A DNA stretch of 55,923 nucleotides, the filler included, from Sphacelaria rigidula (lineage: Eukaryota), in the NCBI GenBank assembly GCA_964200075.2. It is 6 parts of 6 records of this genome, joined end to end, with 100 filler letters (N's around TTAATTAATTAA, not from the genome) between each part and the next. Parts side by side here need not be neighbours in the genome. Positions count along the whole stretch, not along the records: positions 28,015 to 37,251 come from CAXNAA020008960.1; positions 37,352 to 46,587 come from CAXNAA020008961.1; positions 46,688 to 55,923 come from CAXNAA020008962.1; 3 more parts are not named here. One strand, given 5' to 3'. Positions 35,696-49,575 of the stretch are shown here, in pieces (within the stretch, counting starts at the first letter, position 1; every line of letters begins with the position of its first letter). The notes below the pieces were generated by a model that saw only the letters and a list, made by a program, of their open reading frames with translations, was not told the origin of the DNA and searched no databases. The position numbers were made by a program, and so were the translations under genes.

Positions 35696-37069
35696 ATAGT
35701 TGCACACAAGACGATATAACTCGATGTCAAGTTACACACTCAGGTATTGATGCGGGGTATTGTTCGGCTGATTGATTGTTCGGCCGATTGATTGTCGCAC
35801 ATAAACTGCTCCCAGGTTAAGGGGCATCCGGTCGTGGTCATTATATACAGGATAGACGGAACTTGCCGAAGGTAAGCGAAACGGCAACACACTCTGTCAT
35901 TACGGAAATTCGAGAAAGAGACAAGACGAAAAGAGATGGGACACTCAATGGAGTGAACAAAACAAAAACGAGAGACGAAAAAAACAAAAACAAGAAAAAA
36001 GGAAAAGGAAAGGAACGGGGGACAAGGAAGAGTGAAAACCCGAAGTGCCGATTTCGTTGAGAATAATAAAGATGATGCCAAGGTGAAAAAGGAAAGAAAA
36101 GAAGAGAGATGAAAAGGAAGCAAAAGAGGGGACAAGAAATGGCCAGACCCTGCAGCATGGCTTCGGGTAAAAAAGAAAAGAAAACAATCGATGAATCTCA
36201 TGCTCGACGCAAATTCCGTCGCCCCGTGGTAGCCGAACATCGCGACATCGGCCCAGAAACCCCAAACCTGTGAAGCGTGTGTGGAGCGCTCACGATCGCT
36301 GTGATCCTTTCTCGCACAAGCTACGCACGGATCTGCGGCCATAAAAGGAGAAAGTACAACGCTTCTATAGTGGGCAGGCGTAGGATGTGCGACCCATCCA
36401 CCTGCGAGGCAAGTCTACGAGACCTCGATTCTGCAGCAGCAGAGGATGCGATCGACTCTATCATGAAACTCGATCACATATGGTCGGTGTTCGAGACCCT
36501 AGCACAGACGAGGCCTGAGGTATCCAGGAAGGCAAGCGTCCCGCGAGTGATGAAAGAGGCGCTGCACCACGTATTTTATTTGCGCAGCTCATTACCCAGC
36601 CCGATGCGAACTCCGAGCAGAGGAAACGGGCAGCATTTCCTCCTCGGCGTACGTGTCGACTGAGCAAGAGACAAGTGATGGCGCCATGACATTTCACGAT
36701 AGCGAGAGTGGATCCGTCGAACTGGACAGCAACCAACGCGCGTACTGCATCGAAAGGAATCGCATGTGACGTGACTGCCGATCGTATTTAAGGGACTGGC
36801 CACCAGCGAAGCGACCGCTTGATATAGCATTGGCGCGGGATCTTCCTCCGTGCCAAATCTCGCACGAAGCAATCCCGAGAAAAGGTTTGGAGGCCTTCCT
36901 TACTATGAACGTGATCGTGTGTGAACAGTGAGTTCTCACCAGGCGCGCGAAGACAGCCGTGGCGACGTCCCCCGACGATTCGGATAAAGTCCCCATTCTG
37001 TGGGAATCCGGCACCTACGCGCACATGATCCCGTGGTTGCATGATCGCACGGCAACGTGCACCGTCAGA

Positions 37070-37251
37070 CACTTTCTACGATAGCCCCCCCCAAACCAGC
37101 CCAAAAGTGTTTATGAAGCAAATGGTCATACAGCGCCTGATATTCGGGTTCAGGCTGCATGAAGCGCCTCATATCGGCGGCATTGGTTAGAACGAACCCA
37201 AGCGTGGGAATGCCCAGCTTCTCGTTGTGCTCGGCTTTTCCCATTTCGATT
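37070..37251 (-). mobile_element. MITE family C, partial copy (cut by contig end)
   Basis: Reverse complement of 49640-49825, with TIR ctttctacgatagccccccc. Confidence 0.85.
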
Positions 37252-37351
37252 NNNNNNNNNNNNNNNNNNNNNNNNNNNNNNNNNNNNNNNNNNNNTTAAT
37301 TAATTAANNNNNNNNNNNNNNNNNNNNNNNNNNNNNNNNNNNNNNNNNNNN
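37252..37351. other. Artificial contig spacer
   Basis: Same 100-bp structure. Confidence 0.97.
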
Positions 37352-37353
37352 GC

Positions 37354-37836
37354 TGTAAAACACGCCACTCACTGCGTACGCTAGGCAACCAGGTTACCGA
37401 TGTTTTTTGCGCGCATGCGTTTTTTTTGTGTTAACCATGATGGTAGGTGAGCTAGATAATGTTGTGCGGCGTGGGAGAACCTCAGCTCTGTACAATGGGG
37501 ATGATCGAACTACGTAGTGTTCAAATGGGTGAGACACCCATGATGCAGTGTATAAGCCGCGGCTCTCTCTGGAAGTGGCGATACCAGAAGATCAAGCGTC
37601 TCATTATAGGCTGCCATCCAGGTGCAAGATAATCAGTAGGCCTCGGGCCGAACAATCTTAGCAGGATGCGGTTCACCCTTCATGCGACTTGCCGAGCGCA
37701 CCTCGGCGCTTCGCGCTTGGTGATTGAGTGCGAGCCTAGTCCGGCGGGAACCCGGCGTGCTCCGTCCCGGCTTTGTAGGGATGCGAAGTCAATGGTCAGA
37801 TGACTATGGCATGCATGATCATTAGTACACCCCCCC
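37354..37836 (+). repeat. Repeat family A, full-length copy (TGTA...TACA + C-run)
   Basis: tgtaaaacacgccactcactg ... gatcattagtacaccccccc. Confidence 0.92.
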
Positions 37837-38759
37837 TCCCTACCGTAACATGACTCCAATTCCCCAACTACCAGGAAAAAAGAAAAGTTCTCTCGGAAAC
37901 CATCATCAAATTCCACCAAGTTCAACAATGCCCCAGCGACCACTACGAGCTGGGCCGGCCTAGACGCGGGTTTAAGCTCCCAAAGCAATATCTCATCGAC
38001 ACAGACGAGTTGGGCCGTGACCCGCATATCATATTTATCGTCAAATCATGGGGACGGTGCCCATGTACTCAAAAACTTCGGCCAATCTTTTCTCGTTTAT
38101 TAAATCTCATGTCTAGTAATGCCTATACCGTACGGAAATAACGTCGATACTAAATTCTACATGAAACCCCGAACGATATCTACAGCAGGTGATGACGATT
38201 TCTGGTGTGTGGACATTCCCTGGAGCACGGGGAAACGATCGATACCCTCACTTTTGCCTAATTCGTTATCTGTATCGAGATATGGCGCACATAAGGGTCT
38301 ACATAAAGTCAGTATATTTCTAGCAGAGTCATTTGATGCACTAAATATGGATATTGCGTCTCAGTTTTGGGGGATTATGCTTTGAATTTTCGCGCGAAGA
38401 ATTGCTAGTGCGTAATGAAACTAAATAATATTTTCTCGCGTTTTTCACCTTCTATTTTTTTTCAGGTGAGTTTTAAGGGAAAATAGACAGCGCTCTCAGA
38501 CCTCATCTCAGTTTTTGAGCTCAATTTTGAGTAAGGAGATTTGAAACTTACCATGGAGAATCGCAAAGGCATGCCAAAGAAAAAAATGGCCCTTCACTTG
38601 TTTTTGGAGAGAGGTATGGGCATTCTCGTAGAAATATTGTATTTACTATACTAAAACGTCCTCAACAAGTGAATATATATATATATCAACATTTCCCACT
38701 TTTTTGGTTTGGTATGGCCTCGCGAGTTCTCACGCAAATATTCATAACACAAGCACCGA

Positions 38760-39135
38760 AGCTTGGCCGGTAAATGGCCTAGAAATATTGTCCCAAGTTT
38801 TGCCCAGCCCGGTTTCTAAATCGCCCCATTTGCCCTCAACTATTGGAGTTGGCCTTTCAAATTCGGTACGGAGAAAAAATAATAGGGCATGCTAGAAACA
38901 TTTCAAGCGGCACATTGGATGTTTTCGTTTTTCATCGTGAGTGAACGATATTCTCCTGATAACTAGGTATTGATTACTGCCACCAACTCACGAAAAGAAC
39001 ATACTGAATGTGCCGCTTGAAATGTTCTTAGCATGCCCTATTCTTTTTCCGTGCCAAATTTGAAAGTCCAACTCCCAAAATTGAGGGGAGACGGGATCTG
39101 CAAACCACAAGTTCACGTCTAGGCCGGCCTAGCTC
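38760..39135. mobile_element. Foldback/MITE-like inverted repeat
   Basis: ccctcaa..ggagttgg..aatagggcatgctagaaacatttcaagcggcacatt / aatgtgccgcttgaaatgttcttagcatgccctatt..ccaactcc..ttgaggg. Confidence 0.8.
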
Positions 39136-39904
39136 GTAAGGAAAAGGTGCAGAAGGATTAAATCTAAATGACCCCAAAGACACTGTTGGGTGTTCCGAAA
39201 TTTCAGAAACAGCATGCATGTTGTGACCTTCTGGATCAGAGGGAGAAGTAGATGTCAGGCCTAAACATGAAGTGTTATATGGTCCACAGAGACCCGCATC
39301 TCACGATCAAAATGGTATCACAACCTCCGGGCTCGGTTCTCCAACGTTCAGAGGACCTCCCGTCTTGTCGACGATGCCTTAGGATTCCTTCCCAGTTTTC
39401 AGAACTCCCTGTTTATTTGTGTGGTGGTACATTATTAGCGCTTGCGCGGTCAGACGTAAACTACACTACAGGTGTGTACTGCTTGTTTCTTGATACGTCC
39501 CTTGTACTTGGTTCTGGTGGCGACAAGCTTACCCTTTGACTCCATGGCGATGTCGTACATCTTAGACGTTTGCTAAGCGCTTCTCAGAGGCACGTGCGCC
39601 GCTGGTGTTTGTCGCTGTATTTCTGAGAAGAACTATTCTACATCCTGCCTAGCGTTGACAAATAACGCACAGTAGAGCGATCTATCACGGAAAATCACGA
39701 GGCGGCGATCTCCTGTTTCTGCAGTTCCCGGATGGACATCATTCCACTACTCGGCTATTTGTCGAACGACACAATTGTTTAACATCGTCCATCCGTCCTC
39801 ATTCTGTTTTTCGGCCATCTACGCGAACTACGTTTCTCTACAACAAGCTGCTCTGTCTTTTCTATTATCCCTATTTTCTCTTGACTTCGTTACCGTGTGA
39901 CCTA

Positions 39905-40585
39905 CATCTGGGATGCGGACATCCATTTGGGATGTCACATCCATCTGGGGCATCACATCCATCTGTGATATTCATCCATGATGTTTATGAAGAACATTCC
40001 ACCCGGGGTATCCGTCTGAACTACTGATATAAGATTGCCCACGTTGAGATGAACATCCGCGAATGACCTCCTACTATTTCAGATGAATCCGAAATGCCAA
40101 GTGCATTCCAGATGAATTTCAGTATCCCTCATGGACATCCCAGGCGGACATCACTCATGGATTTTGAAAGCCCAAGTGAAGGTCTTAGATGGGCATTCCA
40201 GATGAACATCCCAGATGGGTATTTTTACCCGTGATGGATGGAAGTTTCTGAGGAATCCCCGATGGACATTGCAAGTGATTATCCCACGTAGATATCCATA
40301 TCTTAAATGGATTCAACTGGGTATCCCAGATAGATTCGACATCCCAGATGGGTATACAAATCTCAGATGGACATTCCGGATATTGAGGGTACATAACTCA
40401 TATGGATATTATTTCAGGTGGACATTGATATCCTAGATGGAGGTAATATCTATCTCAGATACGTGTCCGAGATGGATGTCCATATCCCAGATGGGCATAC
40501 AAGATGGAATTTGATATATCAGATGCGTGTGTTATCCCATATAGATATCGTATACCCATATGGACAAGATCTTCCATATGGATGT
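39905..40585. repeat. Degenerate array of the CATCCCAGATGG motif in both orientations
   Basis: ccatctgggatg units at 39905-39970, followed by many catcccagatgg-like units at 40130-40580. Confidence 0.75.
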
Positions 40586-41177
40586 GATTTTATCAATACG
40601 GTCACGTTCACGCGTACGTACATTCCCGGTTGAGAATCAATGTGGGATATCCTGAGCCCGTTGGCAAGCTAATCGCGACGTGCTTTCACATGTTTCATTA
40701 GTCGTTTTGTTCATGAGATACACGAGCTCCCAATAATTCAAAGCTTCAAAATGAAATATTACTGTACCGTGGCACCACTCAAAGGACACCAAAGAGATGG
40801 AACCCTTGTCAGACAACATTGAACTAAAAGACCGCCCTGCTTTGCTCTTCTTGCATCATCTTGTCATTCAGAGTACATAAGGGCGGCTCCACCACAGCAG
40901 GTTCCGTCGCATACAACAGCTACCGATACTAGCGGCCAAAAGGAGAAAATAACGTGGACCATCTAAAGATCAGGACACGACGTGGCCACACACTACGGCT
41001 GCGCCATCTTCACTGCATAGGGGGCCGCTTACACCCTCCCTGAGTTGTGCATCCTTGCTCAATATGCGTAGAGGTGATCCGTCCTTTCCCCGCCTCCATA
41101 TATGTTTTTGGTACCATGTTCCCACACCCCAAACCACGCTCCCCATTTTGAGGGTGGGCGTCGGGTGGCAATGGCGC

Positions 41178-41669
41178 TGTGAAACACGCAACTTACTGCG
41201 AAGCTAGGCAACCAGGACACCGTTTGTTGTTTTGCTCGCGTGTTGTTTGCGGTAACCAGGACGGTAATCGACCAAGTTCATGTTGTGCGGGGTTGAGAAC
41301 CCGATTTCGGCGCAAAGAGGATGATCACACCACGTAGTGTTTATATGATGACACACGCATGAGGCAGTGTGTAACCTGTGGCTGCTTCTGGGAGTAGCGA
41401 TACTAGGAAATGAAGCACCTCATTCGAGGCTGCCTGTCCATATGAAAGATAATCAGTGCGCTTTGGCCCGAACACTCTGGGCAGGATGCAGCTCACCCTT
41501 CATGCGACTCGCCGAACACAACACGGCGCTTCGCGCTTGGTGATTGCGAGCCTGGTCCGGCGAAAACCCGGCGTGCTCCGTTCCGACTTCGCAGGGGTGC
41601 GAGTTCCATGTTCTCACGACTACGGCAGGCACGATCATGATTGTCCCCCCCCCCCCCCCCCCCCCCCCC
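41178..41669 (+). repeat. Repeat family A, diverged full-length copy with ~24-nt C run
   Basis: tgtgaaacacgcaacttactgcgaagctaggcaaccagg ... acgatcatgattgt(C)24. Confidence 0.88.
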
Positions 41670-42059
41670 GAAGCAAGCTGAGGAGAAAATTGGTCTCACA
41701 GGGAGCTGTTCATTCCGCCCTTTCGAACGCTTTGATTCCGTTGCCCTCCTCTGAGGTAAAGTCCAATGAGGTGTGAAGACGTAGGCAGCGGTAACGCCGT
41801 ACCCGTCCTTTCGCAAGCCCCCGTTGACGTCGAGGTTCCGGGCGAGAGGACTCACGCGGCTGTCTGGATAGGGAACCCTCGTCGTCGCCTTCATCGTAGT
41901 TTCGCCACTACTGCCTTTCAAACCTCGACTTCGGTGTTTGGCATTGCGTTCTTGGTGAGCTACATGTTACATTCCTGTGGAACAGCATCCAGCATCGCCA
42001 TAATAACGCTATAGCGCGAATTATCGCATGCTGATAGAGCACTGATGAGGAGGGTTCAC

Positions 42060-42330
42060 GGTAATTTACGAAAACAATAATGATATTGAAAAGGGGCAAG
42101 GCGGCCCCATTGTTTCGAGACGTTCGGAAGCAGTTTCAACCAAACCCACAGCGGATACCAGCAAGGTGTAGTTCATGTCGCGGACCCATCGCCCAAATGA
42201 CGACCGTACGATTGTTCGTGCCAAAACCGAGTTCCCTAGAATTTCTGACTTGGTTATCAGTTTCCACATGACCATGGACGCTTTCCTTGAGGGTACCCCG
42301 CGGGTCGCCCGAAGCCGTCTCCCACGTGAC
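42060..42330 (-). pseudogene. Possible RNase H remnant of a decayed retroelement
   Basis: Minus strand reads SRELGFGTNNRTVVIWAMG..PLFNIIIVF, like the RNase HI G-x-TNN-x-AE region; disrupted. Confidence 0.35.
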
Positions 42331-42834
42331 GAAGGGGTTGAAAGTGAAGAGGTCAAAACATATTGGAAACGAGTTGTCTTGGCCTGAGTCACCTCACAGG
42401 ATTTGCTGGTCTCGGCACCATAGCTGCGTGGTGCGGGGATGAACATGATCTCGCACCCTTGAGATAGCCCGTGTCTGGAATGATAAAGTACTTATTTCAC
42501 GCGCCACGCTCGACCGAGAAGCGCCGATGATATCACCTAACGATCGGGGCTGTGCTACATGGACACGGCGTGACCAAGCCTACTCGAGGGGAAGACCGCT
42601 GTAGGAATCTCCTCCGCATGGTCACACGGGAAGGTTTCCGCGTGTGATACCCTATAACGGTTAAAACAGGACTGCAAGGGGTGTTTATGCTACCTCCCCA
42701 ACCTTTAATGCATCGGAGGCCGTCGTATCCTTTCGAAGTCGAATCAGGAGCGCCATAGTTGTGATAATGTGCAACGACGACTTCAACCTCCAACTAGATT
42801 GCATCGAAGTCCTTCAAAGCAGCGAAACACCAAG

Positions 42835-43280
42835 TAACACGGGATCTTACAAATTGGGGATGGATCTTTTATTGGGGATGAGAAACCTAGAGAAATAAAA
42901 TACTAGTATCCAACCCAAATCTTCGAAATATGGTTCCATTTCTTCACCTACTGATGGCTATTGACAACCTCTAAACGCCATACAAATTTGGATTTCGATC
43001 ACCGAAATGTTGGGGTCCTAGGTGAAGAACTAGTTTCGGAGCCATTTTGGCGTTCGTCCGGACACCCGAAATTCGCCAAAATTGGTTTTTATCCTAGGAC
43101 CCCAACAGTTCGGTGATCGAAATTCAAAATTCTATGGCATGTAGCAGTTTTCAACAGCTATCAGTAGGTGAAGAAATGGAACCATGTTTCGAAGATTTGG
43201 TGTGGATACGACAACTTTAGTTCTCCGGGTTTCTCATTCCCAATAAAAGATCCATCCCCAATTTGTAAGATCCCGTGTTA
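42835..43280. mobile_element. Foldback/MITE palindrome family B, well-preserved copy
   Basis: TAACACGGGATCTTACAAATTGGGGATGGATCTTTT / AAAAGATCCATCCCCAATTTGTAAGATCCCGTGTTA; the interior matches 7537-8020. Confidence 0.92.
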
Positions 43281-45653
43281 AGTGCCATTACGTAATAAAG
43301 CGAGATTAACATTGCGCGAATAGCATACATGCGCCCATACATGCCCCAGTTTGGAGTGAAACAATGAAACCACTCAAATACAGACACGGCGAGTAATCCT
43401 CATGCATCTTCTTACAGGCCAAGAACAACGTGGTCAACTGGTAGCGAATGACGTATGATATTATTTATCATGTGCACCACTGTCTTTTCCCTGCAGATAT
43501 AGAAATGCGCGGGTGAAGACGGGCCCGATAGCGTCGGAGGGAGAGCGTCCGACGGTACTCTTTAAAGCTCACGAGTTATGTCACACGAAAGGACGAGCAC
43601 ATTTGACATGAGCAGGACACTGCGGAGGAACCATCCAAGGCGAGACGTATCAAGAGGCGTCCGTAAAATATCATATTGCAATCATCCGCACCTTCTCGGT
43701 TCGTTGTAGGTATACCATTGTTCGAGATTTGGGTCGGGGAAACAAATCGGAATTTCATGACGTATCAATTCACAACAATTGAAAAATCGCTGTCACCCCG
43801 ATCAGTGGTATCACCGTCATGTTCCGGTCTCAACACAAATATGCGCTAGTTTGAACAAATGTTCAGATCTTCGCGCGACCCCTTGACTGCCACGGCGGAC
43901 TTATTCCCTGCGGCAGAGTTCACTTGGTACACAAAACCAGACCCATACAAGCGCATCAGGGGAGAAAGGTTACGTAACCGAGCAATGCTCGGGTAGGGGT
44001 TGCACTTTTGTTTCTGTGTCTGTTTTTGTAGGAGCCCAGATATATGGGGCTCACTGTGAAACCCAAATCTGCGGGGACCGGACTCCCAGAAATATGGTGT
44101 TTGTACGCAGGGGTCTTTCCGTGAATCGGCACAATTTTGAATCTTTTTCGAGTAAAAATGATGCCGATTCTTGAAATGATCCGTCCAACACCACATGCAG
44201 CCCCGAGAAATGTTCTCGCTACAAAAAAGTGCAACTTCCACCGTAGCATTGCTCAGCCCGAACCCAAACGTAACTTGCTTTGCGATTAAGAGTTATAGCC
44301 GGTGTATGAAACCAGTCAGTCGACATTATGGCGGTCGTCAGTCGTGACGCATGTGTTGACGCGTACAGAAACGATAGCACACCGACTCACTTACATGGGA
44401 CCTGGTTCCAGCAACCAGGAACAAGTGCACTACCATCGAGTGGAGTGAAATTATATTCGACGCAATTGTGAGCGGTCACGCGCCGGTATATTTTTTTCGG
44501 CTCATGACACAAGATATAAGCCATCACGATAAGCATCTTCCGCGACACATGCGTGTATCTTCATCGCTGTCATCTATTGCGCTTGTTGCGAATATGTGAT
44601 TTACTGCGTTACGAGACAGACGCCACGTCTGTGCATACTGTCAGATGTATCATCCTTGCAGTTCTGCTCCCTGCCGTTGCACATGTGCGCAACCGAAGCA
44701 CCCGGTTAACTAAACCAGTCATGTGGCGCATCGAAGGATCACCTATAATATTATTTATTTTATGAATAATCGTGGCATCCCTGCATTGGGTTCCTTGGGT
44801 TATGATGTCGCATTGTTTTACCATCACCTGCAGCCACTATGCCCCATGAGACGATGGGGGGTGAGGGCGGTACTCTTACCTGACGCAAGATGTACAGTGC
44901 TTCGCATGGACTTCATCAGGCCTGCTCGTTCACCGTCGGTTACAGAAGCCGTGCATAAGCTCGGCGATTGGGGTTCTTGTCCCAATGATCCAGCAGGCGT
45001 TCATGAGGGTGAACATAGTCACTCCCATACAACCGAAACTAGTGTTCGGTCTTGGCAGGACTGATCGTGGCCGATAGTTGTGACAGAATAAAAGCCCGAA
45101 GCGGACGCGAACGTCGTGTGACGTCGGTTTCGTTACTACATCAAGCAATCCTTGATAAAATATATTATAACGTCGCGTAGAGATAAGGATGGTCCTTCTA
45201 GGCGTTTATGCCTGGTGACGATTGATCGCGCGATCGTTTCCTGCATCGCACGCTCGTTAAAGTCTCTTGATCAAGTAGCAACTCCATTATTTCCATTCAT
45301 GCCGGCATATCAAGGCGCATCGGCGTCGTCTGGGCGTCGGCAGCCGCTGGTTCAACGATGGCGCGTGATATCATGGGCGACTTACCGTTGATGTCACTAC
45401 GGTCACCTAACAGTACACATATCTACAATTATGTGGTGATATCGCGCCGCGTATTCCCCTGCTGAGTGTACTGTCTTGCACAGCATTCCGCGGCTTCGTC
45501 GCTGAACAACCTACACACTCACGCCTTCCTCTTCGACCTCGACATATGTAATTTGCGCGATGCCTACCTGCATTCTCTCGTCATCGAACACTACGTATGG
45601 AAACCGGTGATGTTCTGAATCCAGAATTGAAAGGTATTACATGTCGATCATGC

Positions 45654-45722
45654 TGTGGCGTCCACGTTCTGGAAGGGGATGCACTGTGGCGTCCACGTTC
45701 TGGAAGGGGATGCACTGTGGCG
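45654..45722. repeat. 31-bp tandem duplication
   Basis: (tgtggcgtccacgttctggaaggggatgcac) x2 plus a partial unit. Confidence 0.9.
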
Positions 45723-46587
45723 CAGATTCTTCGGTCGCGTCGACGAGCAATCGCAGTGGGACTTCTCAAGGGCGAAATCCCGCGTACCCCCTGCTATATC
45801 GCCACCACATGCTCAGGCGGCCACGAGAAAGCCTTCACCGCGCGAAAGACGGGCAAGTCCTCGTGGTAAAATGGTGGCGATGTCAGTTGGCGCCGGTAGC
45901 AGTACAGTGGATTTCGTCGCCCGGCACTCGAAAGGAAATTCGGTCGTGCACATACTGTTACGGATCGCGGCGTGATGCGGTGGAATGGGGACAGTACAAT
46001 GATGGGCCGTTGATTCGGAACGAAGATACGCGCACGGAGGGCTGATCGCAGGAACTGGCTAGTACCTGCGGTCAGGGGTGAGGATGTTAAGTAATCCGTC
46101 AAGACACGGAGTACGTAAAAACATGCCCCTTACATCTGGTTGAATCCGATTCTTTCTAAGAATCGGTGCAACGCTAAGATGACCCTGGTGTTCAGATCAA
46201 TCCCTCGAGAGACTCTGGCTATCAACACTACCAAGGAACAAAAGAAATCGAATCACCTGAAGCTGTGAGCAAGGATATCCTGACGATCGACGTGTACTGT
46301 ACTGCGTTGGACTGTCTCCCCACGCGCTGTCAACTTACGATTGTTACAAGATCGACGGTGAGACGGTTTTGAGTTTGAATACCTTAGTCCTGCAGATGTA
46401 AAAATGATCGGTTTGTATTAAATAAATGAACATGAACGAACTTGTGCGTAAATGAATGGCAGTCAAGTAATAAGTAGAATGAAAGGTCCCACATGAAACA
46501 GTGAAATTCCGTAATCGTTGACCGAAGTTTTGTTGTTTGCCTAGTTCGGTGATCAGCCGGCACGGTAGACTTAAGCAAATGCTGACA

Positions 46588-46687
46588 NNNNNNNNNNNNN
46601 NNNNNNNNNNNNNNNNNNNNNNNNNNNNNNNTTAATTAATTAANNNNNNNNNNNNNNNNNNNNNNNNNNNNNNNNNNNNNNNNNNNN
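46588..46687. other. Artificial contig spacer
   Basis: Same 100-bp structure. Confidence 0.97.
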
Positions 46688-48887
46688 CTTGCCTTAGTCG
46701 TCTTACCATTGCCCCCGCATCCCTGGCGCGCCGGAGCACCGTTCCTCCTCCTAATAGAGACACCTCCAACATTCTGGCGCTCATTACTTTTCTTCCGCAG
46801 CTCATTACGGGCAGGGCGGGGGTTATGTGAGCCAGTTTTGCACGATGGAGGCACTTTGAAACTTCGCTGCAAACAGACATATTCATATGAATGCCCTTGT
46901 TAACAATATTAGCTTCCTTTTTAAACCATTTGGAATCGTTTTCATCCGTACATAAACCCATTCCTACAGTAAGTAGTGTGGGGGGTCGTGTAACATATTC
47001 GTGACCCCATTTATTTGTGCAACCGGCCCCTCCACCCCCCCCTACCATTCCATCTTGAGATCAGTCAACGGTCTGCATTTCGTTCAGATCAACAGATTAA
47101 CGAGGTATAAAATGAAAAAAGCGCCTTGCATACATTATCACAAAAAATGGATTGACTACTATAGAGCACTCATGGTTTTTGTCAAGATCCTGTCGAGAAT
47201 AATATTATGATTGATTGATTGCCACGCAATATGCACTTCAACAAATATGGCATACCTGTGCGAAATGCACACAACGGCACACATGAACATACACACGCCA
47301 CTTTTCGGGGGAAAAAAGTGCCACACGAAAAACACGCTCGCAAAACGCCGGGACGTTATCGTACGTGAGAGTAAGACCCGTACACTAAATACCACCCCCA
47401 ATAGCATTCCCGGCTAATTTACATCCCGCTACTTTTGGCACCATGTCAGTATCTACAGTAAATACTATATCCAGTAAGCACTACATATAGGGACGCGTTG
47501 TATATCACCCTCCGAACAAAAGCTCCGGCGGATGAGTTGTCGGATCTCGAAGAGTTGTCAAGGACGAGAGTTACACCGTGGTGCTGGATATGCTATGCAT
47601 GTGAGTCTTCCGTAGTATCAACTTTCCCCACCCCCCACACATATTCATATTCGAGAACTGCTTCAAGATAAAACACAGTCCGGCTACCGTCTAGAGATAC
47701 AGCAAAAAGTAAACTCCATCACATTTTTTTGTCGTCCCGCGTGCCCTCCTTCTTCTGGGAAAAACAAAACCTCCATTGAGGGAGGAGTGAAAACAAGAAA
47801 AGTTGTATAATAATCGCCCTTCACGGTACTCTACCGTGCGCGTCTCACGGGTGGCTATGGTACGCTGTGTGCGACGCGAATTTAGTCCCATATCTCGCTA
47901 CAGGTAACATAACAAAAACGAAAACAAAACCGTGTCTGTGCCGCCGTCATGGTATATGGGAACAGATCACTGTTTACGACACGCACACACATTCGCGTGT
48001 GTGTTTTAAGCACTAATTTGTTGCATTCACCTATGTACATGCATGTATATACATTTTCTCAAGAGAACAATGAATGCATACTACTTCATCCTTGCACATA
48101 ACGGCACACAATAATACCAATCTCCCCGACAACACCTCTTCCTGTTTCTCCCCGCGATACCCCCCGCGTGCCGTACTCCACATGGAACTTGAACCTACAC
48201 TGCGGCAACGGCGTATGATTGCCGAAAAGCATGCCGCCGTCACGATGGCGTGGAAAAAAATTGAAACCATCACCATACATATATCACCAACGCAGGCTGC
48301 TTCATGGTACACAGTTGGAATTACTCGCGATAACTTTCAGTCAATCCCCTCCACCCCCTTCTCGTTTCGTACACGTGGTGTTAGTAGTGCTGGTACTACG
48401 CAAATGTCACACGGTAGGCAGTTGCTATCTTGAGATTCGCACATGTAGAACGCCGTCCAATGCCCTTCAGTGCCCTTCAATAAATAACCAAAGCTCGGCG
48501 AAAATGGAAGCGAACACAACAACCGCGTATTTTCAAGCACGTCAAAATCAGGGAGCCAGTATTGCTTAGGACCCACCCACTATCCATGGACAGAAAAATG
48601 TGGTCGAGACACCCGATTATCTACATTTCTTCGAAAGATGCCTCGCTAGGATCGAAAGCAGATGTGCTAAAATAGACACAAACGACTACACTGGCATAAG
48701 CTACGAGTCCCCGTTCACCCTTGACATAACCATAGTCGATTGTCACGGAGTACCACGTACAGTACTTCCAGTCATCATGCGCAAGAACGCTTGCTTTGAA
48801 CTGTTGCAACGGTTGGATATCCCAGTCGACAGCCAGACACGAAATCTTTGTGACTCCACCGGCACTAGCGATTGACCTTTTCCCTGT

Positions 48888-49322
48888 TCAGTCTGAACCC
48901 TGCACCTTCCATCGACCCGCTCTCTCAGAGCTTCTACCCATGCTAGCACGTACAACTTTATTATTGCTGCTCCGGCTCGTACCGCGACCGCGAGCCGCCG
49001 TCACGCGGACGTGTACGCGCCGCCAGCTGGGGGGCTGGGGGAAAAAGGGGATCAGATCGGCCACTTTCGAGGGGATGATGGTGCCGCTGCCGCCGCGTCG
49101 ACGACCGCCGGGTGGCGAAGCAGAGGTAATGCTGCCGCCGGAGTAGTCCTCATCAATGGCGCTTGCTGGCATGATCCCGACCGATCGGCACCTGCTACGG
49201 GGCGTCAGGGTGGCAATACTCGTCCCGCCACTGCTCGCGGCGCTGGTGCAGCTCGTCGCGCTGCTGGTGCTGCGAGCGGAGCGTCTTTTGTCCGGTACTT
49301 TGGAAGACTTCGACATTGTTTC
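48888..49322 (-). CDS. Atypical MAP kinase, last exon
   Basis: Minus strand ctgac..ACAG| ETMSKSSKVPDKRRS..QGSD*; phase 0 matches the donor at 49844. Confidence 0.7.
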   Translation of the reverse strand, partial: ETMSKSSKVPDKRRSARSTSSATSCTSAASSGGTSIATLTPRSRCRSVGIMPASAIDEDYSGGSITSASPPGGRRRGGSGTIIPSKVADLIPFFPQPPSWRRVHVRVTAARGRGTSRSSNNKVVRASMGRSSERAGRWKVQGSD

Positions 49323-49575
49323 CTGTCAGTCAGAGTCAAGGAGTGAATGCGTGCGTTGGTCGTGAGGTGGGCAGGGTGCGAGGGGTGGGGAAGGTTAGCG
49401 GCACGAAGGGTTGAAGCAACTACCGTCCGTACGAAAGTAGCAACAAGACCTATTCGGGGGGGTAACGGAAACATTTTTGCCGGAAGTGGTTGCAAAGTCG
49501 TGTGCAGCGTACTGTGGAGGGAGCAGGAGGGGTAGTAAACACGTGTGCGTATTAGAACAGGTATATGCTTGGGCA

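Noticed and set aside
35740..36342. 200-aa Phe/Leu-rich minus-strand ORF
   Set aside because: Arises from an A/G-rich low-complexity tract; no domain or splice support.
39905..40585. CRISPR-like array
   Set aside because: Short degenerate units, irregular spacing, both orientations, eukaryotic context and no cas genes.
1..41669. All six family-A copies share one orientation
   Set aside because: They lie on five arbitrarily oriented contigs, so the agreement is compatible with chance or assembly convention.
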